Shown here in pieces: positions 9,898-19,019 of a stretch of DNA of 64,000 nucleotides. Each line of letters opens with the position of its first letter. Positions within the stretch are counted from its first letter, which is position 1. Origin of the DNA: Candidatus Poribacteria bacterium (GTDB lineage Bacteria > Poribacteria > WGA-4E > WGA-3G); NCBI GenBank assembly GCA_963422705.1, contig OY730443.1, positions 2,697,327 to 2,761,326 on the forward strand. The letters are read 5' to 3'. The notes under the pieces were generated by a model that saw nothing but the letters and a program-made list of their open reading frames with translations, did not search any database and was not told the DNA's origin. The translations under genes were made by a program, and so were the position numbers.

Positions 9898-11001
9898 ATG
9901 GAATTAACTTTTGATAAAAATGAACTTTTGCAATCGCTACAGCTCCTACAAGGCGTTGCGAGTGGACGTAATACCTTACCAATCCTGTCAAACGTCCTGA
10001 TTAACGCCAGTGCAGGCAATATCGAATGTATCGCAACCGACCTTGAAGTCGGCATCCGTATTAGCGTCGCAGGCACCATTCAGGAAGAGGGGGCCATCAC
10101 CGTTTCTGCCAAAAAACTGGCGGATATTGTCAAAGAACTGCCGTCGGAAAAAACGATAACGGTGGCAACTATCGCCAACGACAGGGTTGAAATCACCTGT
10201 GGTGACGGCGTTTATACGATTATCGGGCTCCCGGATGAAGAGTTCCCCCAACTCCCTACGGTAGATGGCGAGGCATTGAGCATTAACGGAGATACGCTGC
10301 GTTCAGTTATCCATAAAACAGAATTTGCTGCTTCCACGGAAGAAGTCCGATACTTCCTAAACGGACTCTATTTTAATCTGGGTGACGTAAAAACAGAGAT
10401 TGTCGCAACGGATGGGCGCCAACTCGCGCTTGCACACTGCGCCCCACTTGTTTCGGTTGAAAATAAGACAGGTTTTATTCTGCCCCTCAAAGCCGTCCGA
10501 GAAATCGCTAAAACCTTCGCGGATTCCGCGTCGGTGAGCATCGCCGTTTTTGAGAACCAGATTCTCTTTTCAGATGGAACCGCAACATTGACGACACGCT
10601 TAGTTGAAGGAGAGTATCCCCCCTATCAGAAAATTATTCCCGACGCCGCTGAAGGGCGCACTGTTGTCGACAGGGAAGCCATTCTCCGGGCAACCCGACG
10701 CGTCTCCTTATTGTCTAATCCCAAGAACTATGCTATCTGCTTAGAAATCGATTCCGAGAGTATTCGCGTCTCTGCGAAGACACCAGAGCTCGGTGAGGCG
10801 CATGAGACAGTCCAAGTCGAATCATCAACAGGTACTGTCCGAATCGGTTTTGACGCACGCCTGCTGATAGATGCTTTGTCACACATTGACACAGACTCAA
10901 TCGTCCTGGAATTCTCTGGGGAAGTTAATGCTGTCGTTTTTAAACCGACTGATAATGATGAACACATCTGTCTTATCATGCCGATGCGCCTACAATCCTA
11001 G
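9898..11001 (+). CDS. dnaN: DNA polymerase III beta sliding clamp, copy 1
   Basis: TLPILSNVLI, ATDLEVGI, RYFLNG, VATDGRQLA, RLVEGEYPPY, C-terminal LIMPMRL; RBS aggag. Confidence 0.95.
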   Translation: MELTFDKNELLQSLQLLQGVASGRNTLPILSNVLINASAGNIECIATDLEVGIRISVAGTIQEEGAITVSAKKLADIVKELPSEKTITVATIANDRVEITCGDGVYTIIGLPDEEFPQLPTVDGEALSINGDTLRSVIHKTEFAASTEEVRYFLNGLYFNLGDVKTEIVATDGRQLALAHCAPLVSVENKTGFILPLKAVREIAKTFADSASVSIAVFENQILFSDGTATLTTRLVEGEYPPYQKIIPDAAEGRTVVDREAILRATRRVSLLSNPKNYAICLEIDSESIRVSAKTPELGEAHETVQVESSTGTVRIGFDARLLIDALSHIDTDSIVLEFSGEVNAVVFKPTDNDEHICLIMPMRLQS

Positions 11002-11056
11002 AAGGAACGTTTAACTCGGTTTGGGATTAACGCTCCATTGATAGGAGAATTTGAGA

Positions 11057-12157
11057 ATGGAATTAACTTTCGATAAAGAAGAACTTTTAAAGTCCCTTCA
11101 GATATTACAAGGTGTCGCCAGTAGACGCACTACCTTGCCGATTCTGTCAAACGTCCTGATTAACGCCAGCGCAGGCAATATTGAATGTATCGCAACCGAC
11201 CTTGAAGTCGGTATCTGTATCAAGGTGAAAGGCACCATTCAGGATGAAGGCTCGATTACCGTCGCCGCTAAAAAATTGGGTGACATCGTCAAAGAATTGC
11301 CAGCAACCGAAACGATTACCCTGACAACCACTTCCAACAACCGGGTTGAAATTACGTGTGGTGCCGGCGTTTATACGATTATCGGGCTTCCTGATGAAGA
11401 ATTTCCGCAACTCCCCACGTTCGACATTGAGCCATTGAGTATTGATGGTGAAACCCTACGCGCCGTGCTGCGAAAAACCGAATTTGCGGCATCTACTGAG
11501 GAAGCCCGCTACTTTCTCAATGCCCTCTATTTCAACCTTGGCGCGGAGCGAACTGAAGTTGTCGCAACCGACACACATCAACTCGCTGTCGCATATTGTG
11601 AGCCGCTTGTCCCGCCTGAAAGTGCGACAGGTTTTATTGTTCCACTCAGGGCAGTTCGAGAAATCGCTAAAACCTTCGCGGATTCCGCGTCGGTGAGCAT
11701 CGCTGTTTTTGAGAACCAGATTCTCTTATCAGATGGAACGGCAACAGTGACGACGCGCTTGATAGAGGGGAACTATCCGCCGTATCAGAAAATTATCCCT
11801 GAATTTTCCGATGGACGCGCTGTTTTAAACAGGGAAGCCGTACTACGCGCTACAAAACGGGTTTCCCTTTTGTCTAACCCCAAAAACTATGCTATCTGCT
11901 TAGAAATCGATTCTGAGAACCTTCGCATCTCCGCGAAGACACCGGAGCTCGGTGAGGCGCATGAGACAGTCCAAGTCGAATCATCAACAGGTACTGTCCG
12001 AATCGGTTTTGACGCACGCTTCATCATAGATGCGCTATCGCACATTGAGACGGACGATATTGTGGTGGAATTCTCCGGGGAACTCACACCCGTCGCCGTG
12101 AAACCGACTGATGACGAACAGATATGCATCATCATGCCAATGCGCTTACAATCTTAG
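11057..12157 (+). CDS. dnaN: DNA polymerase III beta sliding clamp, copy 2
   Basis: Full-length paralog with the same RBS/start context (ataggagaatttgagaATG); VATDTHQLA, IIMPMRL. Confidence 0.93.
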   Translation: MELTFDKEELLKSLQILQGVASRRTTLPILSNVLINASAGNIECIATDLEVGICIKVKGTIQDEGSITVAAKKLGDIVKELPATETITLTTTSNNRVEITCGAGVYTIIGLPDEEFPQLPTFDIEPLSIDGETLRAVLRKTEFAASTEEARYFLNALYFNLGAERTEVVATDTHQLAVAYCEPLVPPESATGFIVPLRAVREIAKTFADSASVSIAVFENQILLSDGTATVTTRLIEGNYPPYQKIIPEFSDGRAVLNREAVLRATKRVSLLSNPKNYAICLEIDSENLRISAKTPELGEAHETVQVESSTGTVRIGFDARFIIDALSHIETDDIVVEFSGELTPVAVKPTDDEQICIIMPMRLQS

Positions 12158-12325
12158 GACTTTCTCCTATCCGATTAAAGTTGAAATTTCATAACGATAA
12201 AAATTCGGATGTGGCAGAATCCGCTGATAACCCCAGCCAGTCATTGTCTTCAACAAGTCCCGGCGTCATTTCGGCACGATAAACGAGAAACCGAAATGCC
12301 CCTAGGACTTTATCCTGAGCGATTC

Positions 12326-13231
12326 CTAATTAACTTCTGTGCCTGACATCTGCTCCAACGCTAACATCAGTGCTTGCGTGCCTAAGCGTCCATGTCCCTG
12401 TGCTTGCACCGCGGTATAGAGTTGATGCACCAAGGCGAGCCCCGGTAAACTCAGATTCATCTTCCGTGCTTCGTCAAGGGCAATACTCATATCTTTGATG
12501 AAATGTTCGACAAAGAACCCCGGTTCAAAGTTCCGCTGGAGTAAGCGTGGGGCTAAATTGTCCAAGCACCAGCATGCGGCGGCGCCGCCACTAATTGATG
12601 ATAACATGGTTTCCAAATCCAACCCCGCTTTGTATCCGTAAATCAGGCTTTCACAGACACCAATCATCGTTCCGGAAATCGTAATCTGGTTGCACATTTT
12701 GGTATGTTGTCCGGCGCCGGCTGCGCCTTGGTGGACGATGTTCTTCCCCATAGCAGAAAAGAGCGGCATCACCGCTTTCACAGCCTCAACATCGCCACCT
12801 ACCATAATGGAGAGTCTGGCCTCGCGTGCGCCAACATCACCGCCGGAGACGGGGGCATCTATGGAAGCACACCCGTGCGTTTTCGCTGCAGCGTAAATCT
12901 CTTGTGCGAGAGAGGGTTCCGTCGTCGTCATATCAACGATAATGCTACCGGATTTTGCTCCGTTTAAGATGCCGTTCTCGCCAAGGTAGACTTCGCGGAC
13001 ATCCGGCGGAAACCCGACAATCGTGAAGATTACCTGCGCATTCGCGGCAACCTCACTTGGAGAATCTGCCCATGTCGCGCCTCCCTCAAGCAGCGGTTCC
13101 GCTTTCGCTCTCGTACGGTTGTAAACCGACACCTGGTATCCCAAATCCATGAGGTGTTGGCACATCCAACGCCCCATCACGCCGGTACCAATCCAACCGA
13201 GTTTCGTTTTAGTGGGTTCAATGTTCTGCAT
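12326..13231 (-). CDS. NAD(P)-dependent oxidoreductase, 3-hydroxyisobutyrate dehydrogenase / tartronate semialdehyde reductase family
   Basis: [36 protein letters not shown]. Confidence 0.9.
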   Translation of the reverse strand: MQNIEPTKTKLGWIGTGVMGRWMCQHLMDLGYQVSVYNRTRAKAEPLLEGGATWADSPSEVAANAQVIFTIVGFPPDVREVYLGENGILNGAKSGSIIVDMTTTEPSLAQEIYAAAKTHGCASIDAPVSGGDVGAREARLSIMVGGDVEAVKAVMPLFSAMGKNIVHQGAAGAGQHTKMCNQITISGTMIGVCESLIYGYKAGLDLETMLSSISGGAAACWCLDNLAPRLLQRNFEPGFFVEHFIKDMSIALDEARKMNLSLPGLALVHQLYTAVQAQGHGRLGTQALMLALEQMSGTEVN

Positions 13232-13257
13232 CGAACTAAATTCCTCCTTCTATCTGT

Positions 13258-14094
13258 TTATAGGTGGAGCGTCAAACTGATATCCATCGGCATAGCTGAG
13301 TGTGTTAGCGCCCCAATAGAAATGAGATTGACGCCGGTTTGGGCGACGGCTCGCACGCGTTCAAGCGTGATTCCACCGGATGCCTCTATTACGGCACGAT
13401 TGCCAATCCATTCAATAACGTCTCGCATGAGCGCGACAGACATGTTATCAAGCAGCAAAATGTCCGCACCTGCTTTCAAGGCTTCGTCTGCTTGCTCCCT
13501 GTTTTCAACCTCAACCTCAATTTTCGCGGTGTGTGGCGTCTCAGCCGTGGCTTTTCGAACGGCGTTGGTGATGTTTCCAGCGGCGACAATGTGATTATCT
13601 TTGATGAGCACACCATCGTAAAGTCCGAAGCGGTGGTTATGCCCGCCGCCGACGCTTACCGCGTACTTCTGGATTGCACGCCATCCCGGCGTCGTCTTCC
13701 GCGTATCCACAATTTTGACATCATAACCGGCAACAGCGCTGACAAATTGCGCGGTTAATGTGGCGATGCCAGAGAGGCGCTGGAGAAAATTAAGCGCGGT
13801 TCGTTCACCAATTAGAATACTTTTTGCACCGCCGTGCACTTCCGCAATTCGGGTACCTACTCTTACCGCGTCCCCCTCTTTAACCAACGCCTGAAAGGTG
13901 ACGGTAGCATCCAATTTCTTAAATACCCGGGCGGCAATCGGCATCCCAGCAATGATGCCATCGCCTTTCGCTAAGATAACTCCTGTCCCCCGCTGATTAA
14001 TGGGTACCGTCGCCTCGGTAGTTATATCACCGGGGCCGATGTCTTCCTCAAAAGCGAGTTCAAGCAACCCGTCGATTGAACGCAAGTTTAGCAT
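13258..14094 (-). CDS. nadC: Nicotinate-nucleotide pyrophosphorylase (quinolinate phosphoribosyltransferase)
   Basis: EDIGPGDITT, ERTALNFLQRLSGIAT, DTRKTTPG, LIKDNH, LLDNM, EASGG. Confidence 0.95.
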   Translation of the reverse strand: MLNLRSIDGLLELAFEEDIGPGDITTEATVPINQRGTGVILAKGDGIIAGMPIAARVFKKLDATVTFQALVKEGDAVRVGTRIAEVHGGAKSILIGERTALNFLQRLSGIATLTAQFVSAVAGYDVKIVDTRKTTPGWRAIQKYAVSVGGGHNHRFGLYDGVLIKDNHIVAAGNITNAVRKATAETPHTAKIEVEVENREQADEALKAGADILLLDNMSVALMRDVIEWIGNRAVIEASGGITLERVRAVAQTGVNLISIGALTHSAMPMDISLTLHL

Positions 14095-14170
14095 GGCTTC
14101 AACTGTCCTCTCACCCTTGTAATTGAAAGGTAGCGTGCGTCCCAAGCACGGTGTAATCTGCTGGCTAGGG

Positions 14171-15085
14171 CTAATACCTTTCCAGATACGGCGTGAGGAA
14201 CTTCTTCGCGTTTTCGGTAACTTCCCACGCCTCCGGCCAGAAACAGAGGTCTATCGAGAACCATTCTCCATCGTAGCCAGTCTCTTCCATAATGACAGGA
14301 ATAATTTCGTCAAAGTTGAGAATTCCTTGCCCGAAAGGTGCGTGCGTGCTTGTTTCATCGTGGTGTAGCGTGTTATCGGAATCGATGAGATGGAAGTGCC
14401 CAATCTGCCCTTCGAGTTGCCGTGCCAAGTCAACGACACCGTTATCGCCGAGCGTTTCCTGCTTACCTACCTGGCGTGCGCCCACGACAGCACACATCTG
14501 CGCATGACATGTATCAAACATCACTTTGAAATTCGGGTGCTCGACATCTTGGGGCATCGCGATAATATCGCTCGGTTTATTGAACATGAACCCCGGTTCA
14601 AATTCCCATAGCATGAGGACACCGTGTTCTTGGGCAACTTGGGCACAACGTTTCCAGACGGCGACAATCCTGTCCCAAGCGGTTTTCCTGTCAACGCCCG
14701 GAATTTCGGTTTCCGCATCGGTGACAGTATCAACCCGTATCGCGGGTGAGCCTAAATCCAAAGCAAGTTGGAGATTTGCCTTAAAAAGCTTGTAATATTT
14801 ATCGTCCTCTTGCGCTTCATCGGTAGCCGGCCCGGGGTGCGCCCAGAAATCGGCTGCCAGTCCAGAGACTTCCAAACCGTAGGAAGCAATGAGTCCTTTA
14901 ACGGCATCCCTGTCGCTTTTCATCGGGTAATCATTGATATCAATGTGCGGTTTAAATGCCCCGATTTCAACACCATCAAATTCCAGTTCACTGAGCCGTT
15001 TGACAACGGTATCAAACGGGACGGGGTTATCTTCATAGGGACCGAAAGTGTAAGCCCAGCTTCCAATTGACAATTTTTTAGCCAT
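14171..15085 (-). CDS. Sugar phosphate isomerase/epimerase (TIM barrel)
   Basis: WEFEPG, FDTCHA, HFHLIDSD, HAPFGQG motifs. Confidence 0.85.
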   Translation of the reverse strand: MAKKLSIGSWAYTFGPYEDNPVPFDTVVKRLSELEFDGVEIGAFKPHIDINDYPMKSDRDAVKGLIASYGLEVSGLAADFWAHPGPATDEAQEDDKYYKLFKANLQLALDLGSPAIRVDTVTDAETEIPGVDRKTAWDRIVAVWKRCAQVAQEHGVLMLWEFEPGFMFNKPSDIIAMPQDVEHPNFKVMFDTCHAQMCAVVGARQVGKQETLGDNGVVDLARQLEGQIGHFHLIDSDNTLHHDETSTHAPFGQGILNFDEIIPVIMEETGYDGEWFSIDLCFWPEAWEVTENAKKFLTPYLERY

Positions 15086-15171
15086 GATTTGTTTCCTTCG
15101 TTATGATAGGCACCCTTCTGCTCGTTGTTCAAAAGGGATAAACTTCTTTAATGCTGTAGGCGGTGCAGTGC

Positions 15172-16470
15172 CTACTCGGACTTTCCAGCAACCAGATTCT
15201 GAACTGTTGTTTCCAGTTCAACCGTAATCTGCTCTACGGTTTCCCTTCTCTGGGTTCTGTAATGCTCGTAATAATTCGCGAGATTCATGGGGTTTCCGAC
15301 ACGGATTGATGCGGAACGAGGGCCGCGCATTTTTGCGGCGCCAAAAACCTCTTTTTCCAATCGCGTAATGACATCAAGGTACCTTTCAGGGGATGGTTTT
15401 TCAGCGACGTATCCATCAGAAATGGCGATGAAATTAATCAATCGTTCCAAATCTGGATAGAATAATTGGAATTTCTGAAGTTGTTGTTCATGAATTTTGC
15501 GTTCATAAGCCGTCATCTGTTCAACGTCTCTATAGACTTCCGCATCAACGAGATTTTTCAGGTTCCGGACACGTGACAGAATATCCCCGGTGGGTTGGAT
15601 TCCCATGATATTCTCCGCGTGTGAAAGAATATGCTCTTTGAGTGCTTGAATTTGCACAGTGAGAGATGCTGTTTCGACATCGCCGGTTTTCGGCGTGAGA
15701 TTTAAATGATACTCCTTTGCCAAAGCGCCTAACATGGCTACGCCAATGCGGCGCAGCCGTTCGTACCGTTCTAAGCACTCGATTTGTAAGTCTTTTACGA
15801 AGGCATCTGCTGGCAAAATCTTATATTCCAATCGTGTCATCGCGGCATCAATGGCATTCCACATGTTTTTGGTATAGCGATATTTAATGCCGATTGGGAA
15901 CACATAGAGGGATTTGCTGACGTTTGCTTTTTTCATGTCGTCCAATGCCCAAAAGCAGAGCTGGATGGTTCCACGCTCAAAGCGCATGACGGTGTCATTC
16001 TGTCGTGAAATCTCGCCTTCAGCAAAAATTACCACAGGGGATGTCCCTTGTGAGAGCAGCTTCCGCGTCATCCGGAAAGCGTTTCTATCCGAGGTGCCGC
16101 GCACAATTGAATACGCGCCCATCCGTTGTAACAGAAAACCCTGGATAGTCCCCAGGCGCCCTTTATCAAACGTTTCTCGAGCTGCCATATAGTAGAACGT
16201 CTGAGAGAGCCGTTTTGACAAAAGAAACATAACCGCCGGGTCCGCGTGAGCGGTATGATTCGGTGCCAAAACCGTTGGATGGGCGCATGCAGCTTTTAAA
16301 CGTTCGATTGATTCCGCATCAATATCTAAGGTAAGCCCCTTCAGGTACCAACGGTTGACGAACGGCAATAGAATTTTTGCTATCTGAATTGCAGCCGTAT
16401 TCGGTTTTGGGGCTTTAAAATCCTTCGTCGGCAACGAAACCTCACAACACGTGCCGTACCTGATACTCAC
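15172..16470 (-). CDS. Phospholipid/glycerol acyltransferase (PlsC-like)
   Basis: NHTAHAD (HX4D), MAARETF, IFAEGE motifs. Confidence 0.85.
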   Translation of the reverse strand: MSIRYGTCCEVSLPTKDFKAPKPNTAAIQIAKILLPFVNRWYLKGLTLDIDAESIERLKAACAHPTVLAPNHTAHADPAVMFLLSKRLSQTFYYMAARETFDKGRLGTIQGFLLQRMGAYSIVRGTSDRNAFRMTRKLLSQGTSPVVIFAEGEISRQNDTVMRFERGTIQLCFWALDDMKKANVSKSLYVFPIGIKYRYTKNMWNAIDAAMTRLEYKILPADAFVKDLQIECLERYERLRRIGVAMLGALAKEYHLNLTPKTGDVETASLTVQIQALKEHILSHAENIMGIQPTGDILSRVRNLKNLVDAEVYRDVEQMTAYERKIHEQQLQKFQLFYPDLERLINFIAISDGYVAEKPSPERYLDVITRLEKEVFGAAKMRGPRSASIRVGNPMNLANYYEHYRTQRRETVEQITVELETTVQNLVAGKSE

Positions 16471-16495
16471 CAGATACCATTAGATACGTTACGCC

Positions 16496-16640
16496 CACAA
16501 TTTGCTAAAGCGTTATTGACTTCCTCCCACAGCTAAAGCAGTGGGATTCCTCCGTTCTTGTTTCAACGTTTACTGCCCCCAAACGAGGTCTTACACAAAC
16601 TCCACAAGCATTTTAACTCTCCGCCAGCCCGACGGCGAGG
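16496..16640 (-). ncRNA. TnpB omegaRNA (reRNA) scaffold plus predicted guide TAACGCTTTAGCAAATTGTG
   Basis: tnpB 3' end and right end ...gaatcccactgctttagctgtgggaggaagTCAA; the flanking bases 16515-16496 would form the guide. 5' boundary approximate. Confidence 0.7.
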
Positions 16641-17701
16641 TGCTTTAGATTTATCGCAGCGTTTTGGTCTCTGTCTATAGAAATACCACATGCACCGCAA
16701 TTATATTGGCGTTCTGATAACAATAACTTTTCTTTCTTGTGTCCACAACTGCTACACGTTTTACTTGAGGCATAGAATTGTGGTGCTTCTTTGATAGGTA
16801 TTGCAAGTATATCTGCTTTAGAGTTGAGCAGCGCGAGAAACCCACCTAACGCACTATCTGATAACGCTTTGGCAAGCTTCTTGTTCTTAAGCATGTTTGT
16901 AATCTTCAGCGTTTCTATTCCAATGACGCTTGCCATATTGACGATGTCTGTAGTCGCTTTATGGTGAGCGTCATTTCGGAGACAAGCGATTTTGTAATGG
17001 ATACGTTCTACTTTACGTTTTTGCTTATAATAGTTGTTAGATAGATACTCTTTCTTACTCAACGAACGTTGTTCACGCTTCAGTTTTTTCTCAAATCGTT
17101 TTAGCTGTCTCGGATTCAGATACTGTTTACCTGTATCAAGTGTAGCAAGCGCGTTGATACCTACGTCTATCCCGACAACAGGGAGTCCACGGGTGTCTCG
17201 TGGCGCAGTAGTTTTGCCTGTGCCAACGGTTATAGAGACGAACCAACGGTGTGCTGTCTTTGATACCGTCACCTTTTTAATCTCACCTTTGAATCGCAAC
17301 TTCTGAAATGTCCGCACCCATCCGATTTTAGGTAATCTAATACGCTTCCCTTCTGTTATTACCGAACCAGGGTGGGTGCTATACGATTGTCTGTCTCTCC
17401 TTCTCTTTTTCTTTGGAAATCTATTTTGCCCGCTTTTATACCGTGATATCGCATCACCAAAATGTTTTATCCCAAATAACGCAGCACGTTGATCTAACTC
17501 TTTCGTCCAATCTATTTCCTTTTTTGCGATATTAAAACGATTATTAAGTTCTTTCCAGTGGCGAGGTGTGTCTTGGTAATCCGACACAGCGTAATTGTAG
17601 GAAAAACGCGAATAACCGCATTGTTTAGAAAAGAATACAGACTGCTCGGCTGTCGTGTCTAATGCTATTTTATGTGATTTAAGCGCCATTGGAATGCTCA
17701 C
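16613..17701 (-). CDS. tnpB: RNA-guided endonuclease TnpB
   Basis: RuvC triad intact (GIDVG, IGIETL, DRDQNAA); Zn finger CSSC/CGAC; LPKIGWV. Confidence 0.95.
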   Translation of the reverse strand: MSIPMALKSHKIALDTTAEQSVFFSKQCGYSRFSYNYAVSDYQDTPRHWKELNNRFNIAKKEIDWTKELDQRAALFGIKHFGDAISRYKSGQNRFPKKKRRRDRQSYSTHPGSVITEGKRIRLPKIGWVRTFQKLRFKGEIKKVTVSKTAHRWFVSITVGTGKTTAPRDTRGLPVVGIDVGINALATLDTGKQYLNPRQLKRFEKKLKREQRSLSKKEYLSNNYYKQKRKVERIHYKIACLRNDAHHKATTDIVNMASVIGIETLKITNMLKNKKLAKALSDSALGGFLALLNSKADILAIPIKEAPQFYASSKTCSSCGHKKEKLLLSERQYNCGACGISIDRDQNAAINLKHLAVGLAES

Positions 17702-17702
17702 G

Positions 17703-17816
17703 TATCACGCTTTTATCCTCTGCTAAGTAGGAGGCAGACACATTGTCTTGCGACAACGCTTAGCATGTCTGCCTACGTGATATTCTATTTATACTACATT
17801 CCATAGCAAATGTCAA
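17703..17816 (-). promoter_or_regulatory. tnpB promoter and structured 5' leader
   Basis: TTGACA(17816-17811)-17bp-TATAAA(17793-17788); leader 17782-17703 has four complementary segment pairs. Confidence 0.7.
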
Positions 17817-17842
17817 AACGTTTTTTATTTCGCATGAGGCAA

Positions 17843-17892
17843 CGGGTTGGACCCAAACCTAAAGGATTGGGATTGTCAGTTAATTCCCTTCA
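17843..17892. repeat. Dispersed ~50-bp hairpin repeat with TAAA loop, copy 2
   Basis: cgggttggacccaaacc-TAAA-ggattgggattgtcagttaattcccttca; overlaps the stop codon of the adjacent gene. Confidence 0.7.
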
Positions 17893-18998
17893 TCGGAAAT
17901 CGGCGGATAGCAACAGATAATCTCCATTGCCTCGTTACCCGTGCTAACGATGTCATATCCGGGTAAACACCGCGGAATAAAAACGGATTTACCGCGGGAA
18001 AGTTGGACATCATCAAATGGGCCACGGAGGGTACCTTCCCCGCCTAAAGTCACGAGGCAATAAAACCCTTTCCCGGCGAGCATACTTAACGTTGACGTGA
18101 CAGTCAACCGGGAGCAACCGAAGTACTGCAATGCTGCTTCAGGGACAATCCTGTCTTCGCGGTTATCGCCTTCTGCCCTGATGAGTTCCGGGGTGCGTCG
18201 AATATAATTATTGAGGTAGTCTAATTCAAGTTTATCAAACTCGGCTGCATCAACCGCCAGCTCCCATCCAAGGCCAAGATGTCCGTCCTCTCTACCGTAT
18301 GGGAAACCCTCCCATTCCGCGAGAATGTTCCAATCGGTAGGTTCTTGTGGTTCGAGGACACAAAGCCCGGTACCGAGGGAATGAACAATCGGCGTGCGTA
18401 AGAAGTATACCTCACCTACCTTCGGTTCAACGACGTGCATGAGGTTTCGGAGGGTTTCCACATCCTGTTCCTCAATGAGTCGGCGGAATTCGGCCTTGTC
18501 CATTGATTCCTTCCACCCTATCCAGGCCTTGGCGCCCGGGCGCGTCCCGATTAAAATCCATGCCTCATTTTTGCCGAAGGCGGAATTGAGATGTTCTTGT
18601 GCGAAATCGGGATTCGGATGCCAATGGATAGGGATATGTGCCCCTTCCCCTACATCAAAAATTTTGAGGAGTACCCCCAAGTCGGTGCCATATTTAGCGA
18701 CATGTGCGCTACCAAGCGTTTCATCCGGAAACGCATCCAATAACGCTTTCAGTAGCACAACTTCACCACTTGGTGATTTAATGAGGCTGAACCCTTTTTC
18801 TGGAGGATTTTCGCGCCCCGGCGTAATCGCCCTGTTTGTAGAAAAAATCCATTCTTCGGAATAATAATCGTCCTTCGGCTCTGGTTCCCCCATAAACGCT
18901 GCTCTGAGTTTCCCACCGTTATAGAAGTGCAAATAGGTGTTCGGCTCCAAGGCGATGGGCGCGTTTAACAGTGATTTTAATTCGGCCTGTGATGCCAT
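17880..18998 (-). CDS. Mannose-6-phosphate isomerase class I-like cupin
   Basis: SEEWIFS, LLKIFD, PIHWHP, GKNEAW, VHSLG, LEPQEPTD; start MASQAEL after RBS aaggaa. Confidence 0.8.
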   Translation of the reverse strand: MASQAELKSLLNAPIALEPNTYLHFYNGGKLRAAFMGEPEPKDDYYSEEWIFSTNRAITPGRENPPEKGFSLIKSPSGEVVLLKALLDAFPDETLGSAHVAKYGTDLGVLLKIFDVGEGAHIPIHWHPNPDFAQEHLNSAFGKNEAWILIGTRPGAKAWIGWKESMDKAEFRRLIEEQDVETLRNLMHVVEPKVGEVYFLRTPIVHSLGTGLCVLEPQEPTDWNILAEWEGFPYGREDGHLGLGWELAVDAAEFDKLELDYLNNYIRRTPELIRAEGDNREDRIVPEAALQYFGCSRLTVTSTLSMLAGKGFYCLVTLGGEGTLRGPFDDVQLSRGKSVFIPRCLPGYDIVSTGNEAMEIICCYPPISDEGN

Positions 18999-19019
18999 AT
19001 TGTATTCCTTTTTTTGTTT

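Larger units (their letters stand above)
16516..17816 (-). mobile_element. Non-autonomous IS200/IS605-family element (tnpB only, IS1341-like)
   Basis: tnpB plus right-end hairpin cccac.gc-TAAA-gc.gtggg ending GTCAA (minus strand) at 16516; no tnpA; left end not defined. Confidence 0.8.

Noticed and set aside
17752-17768. TnpB guide self-targeting its leader (aacgcttagca vs guide taacgctttagca)
   Set aside because: Requires a position-1 mismatch and a gap in the seed; likely chance.
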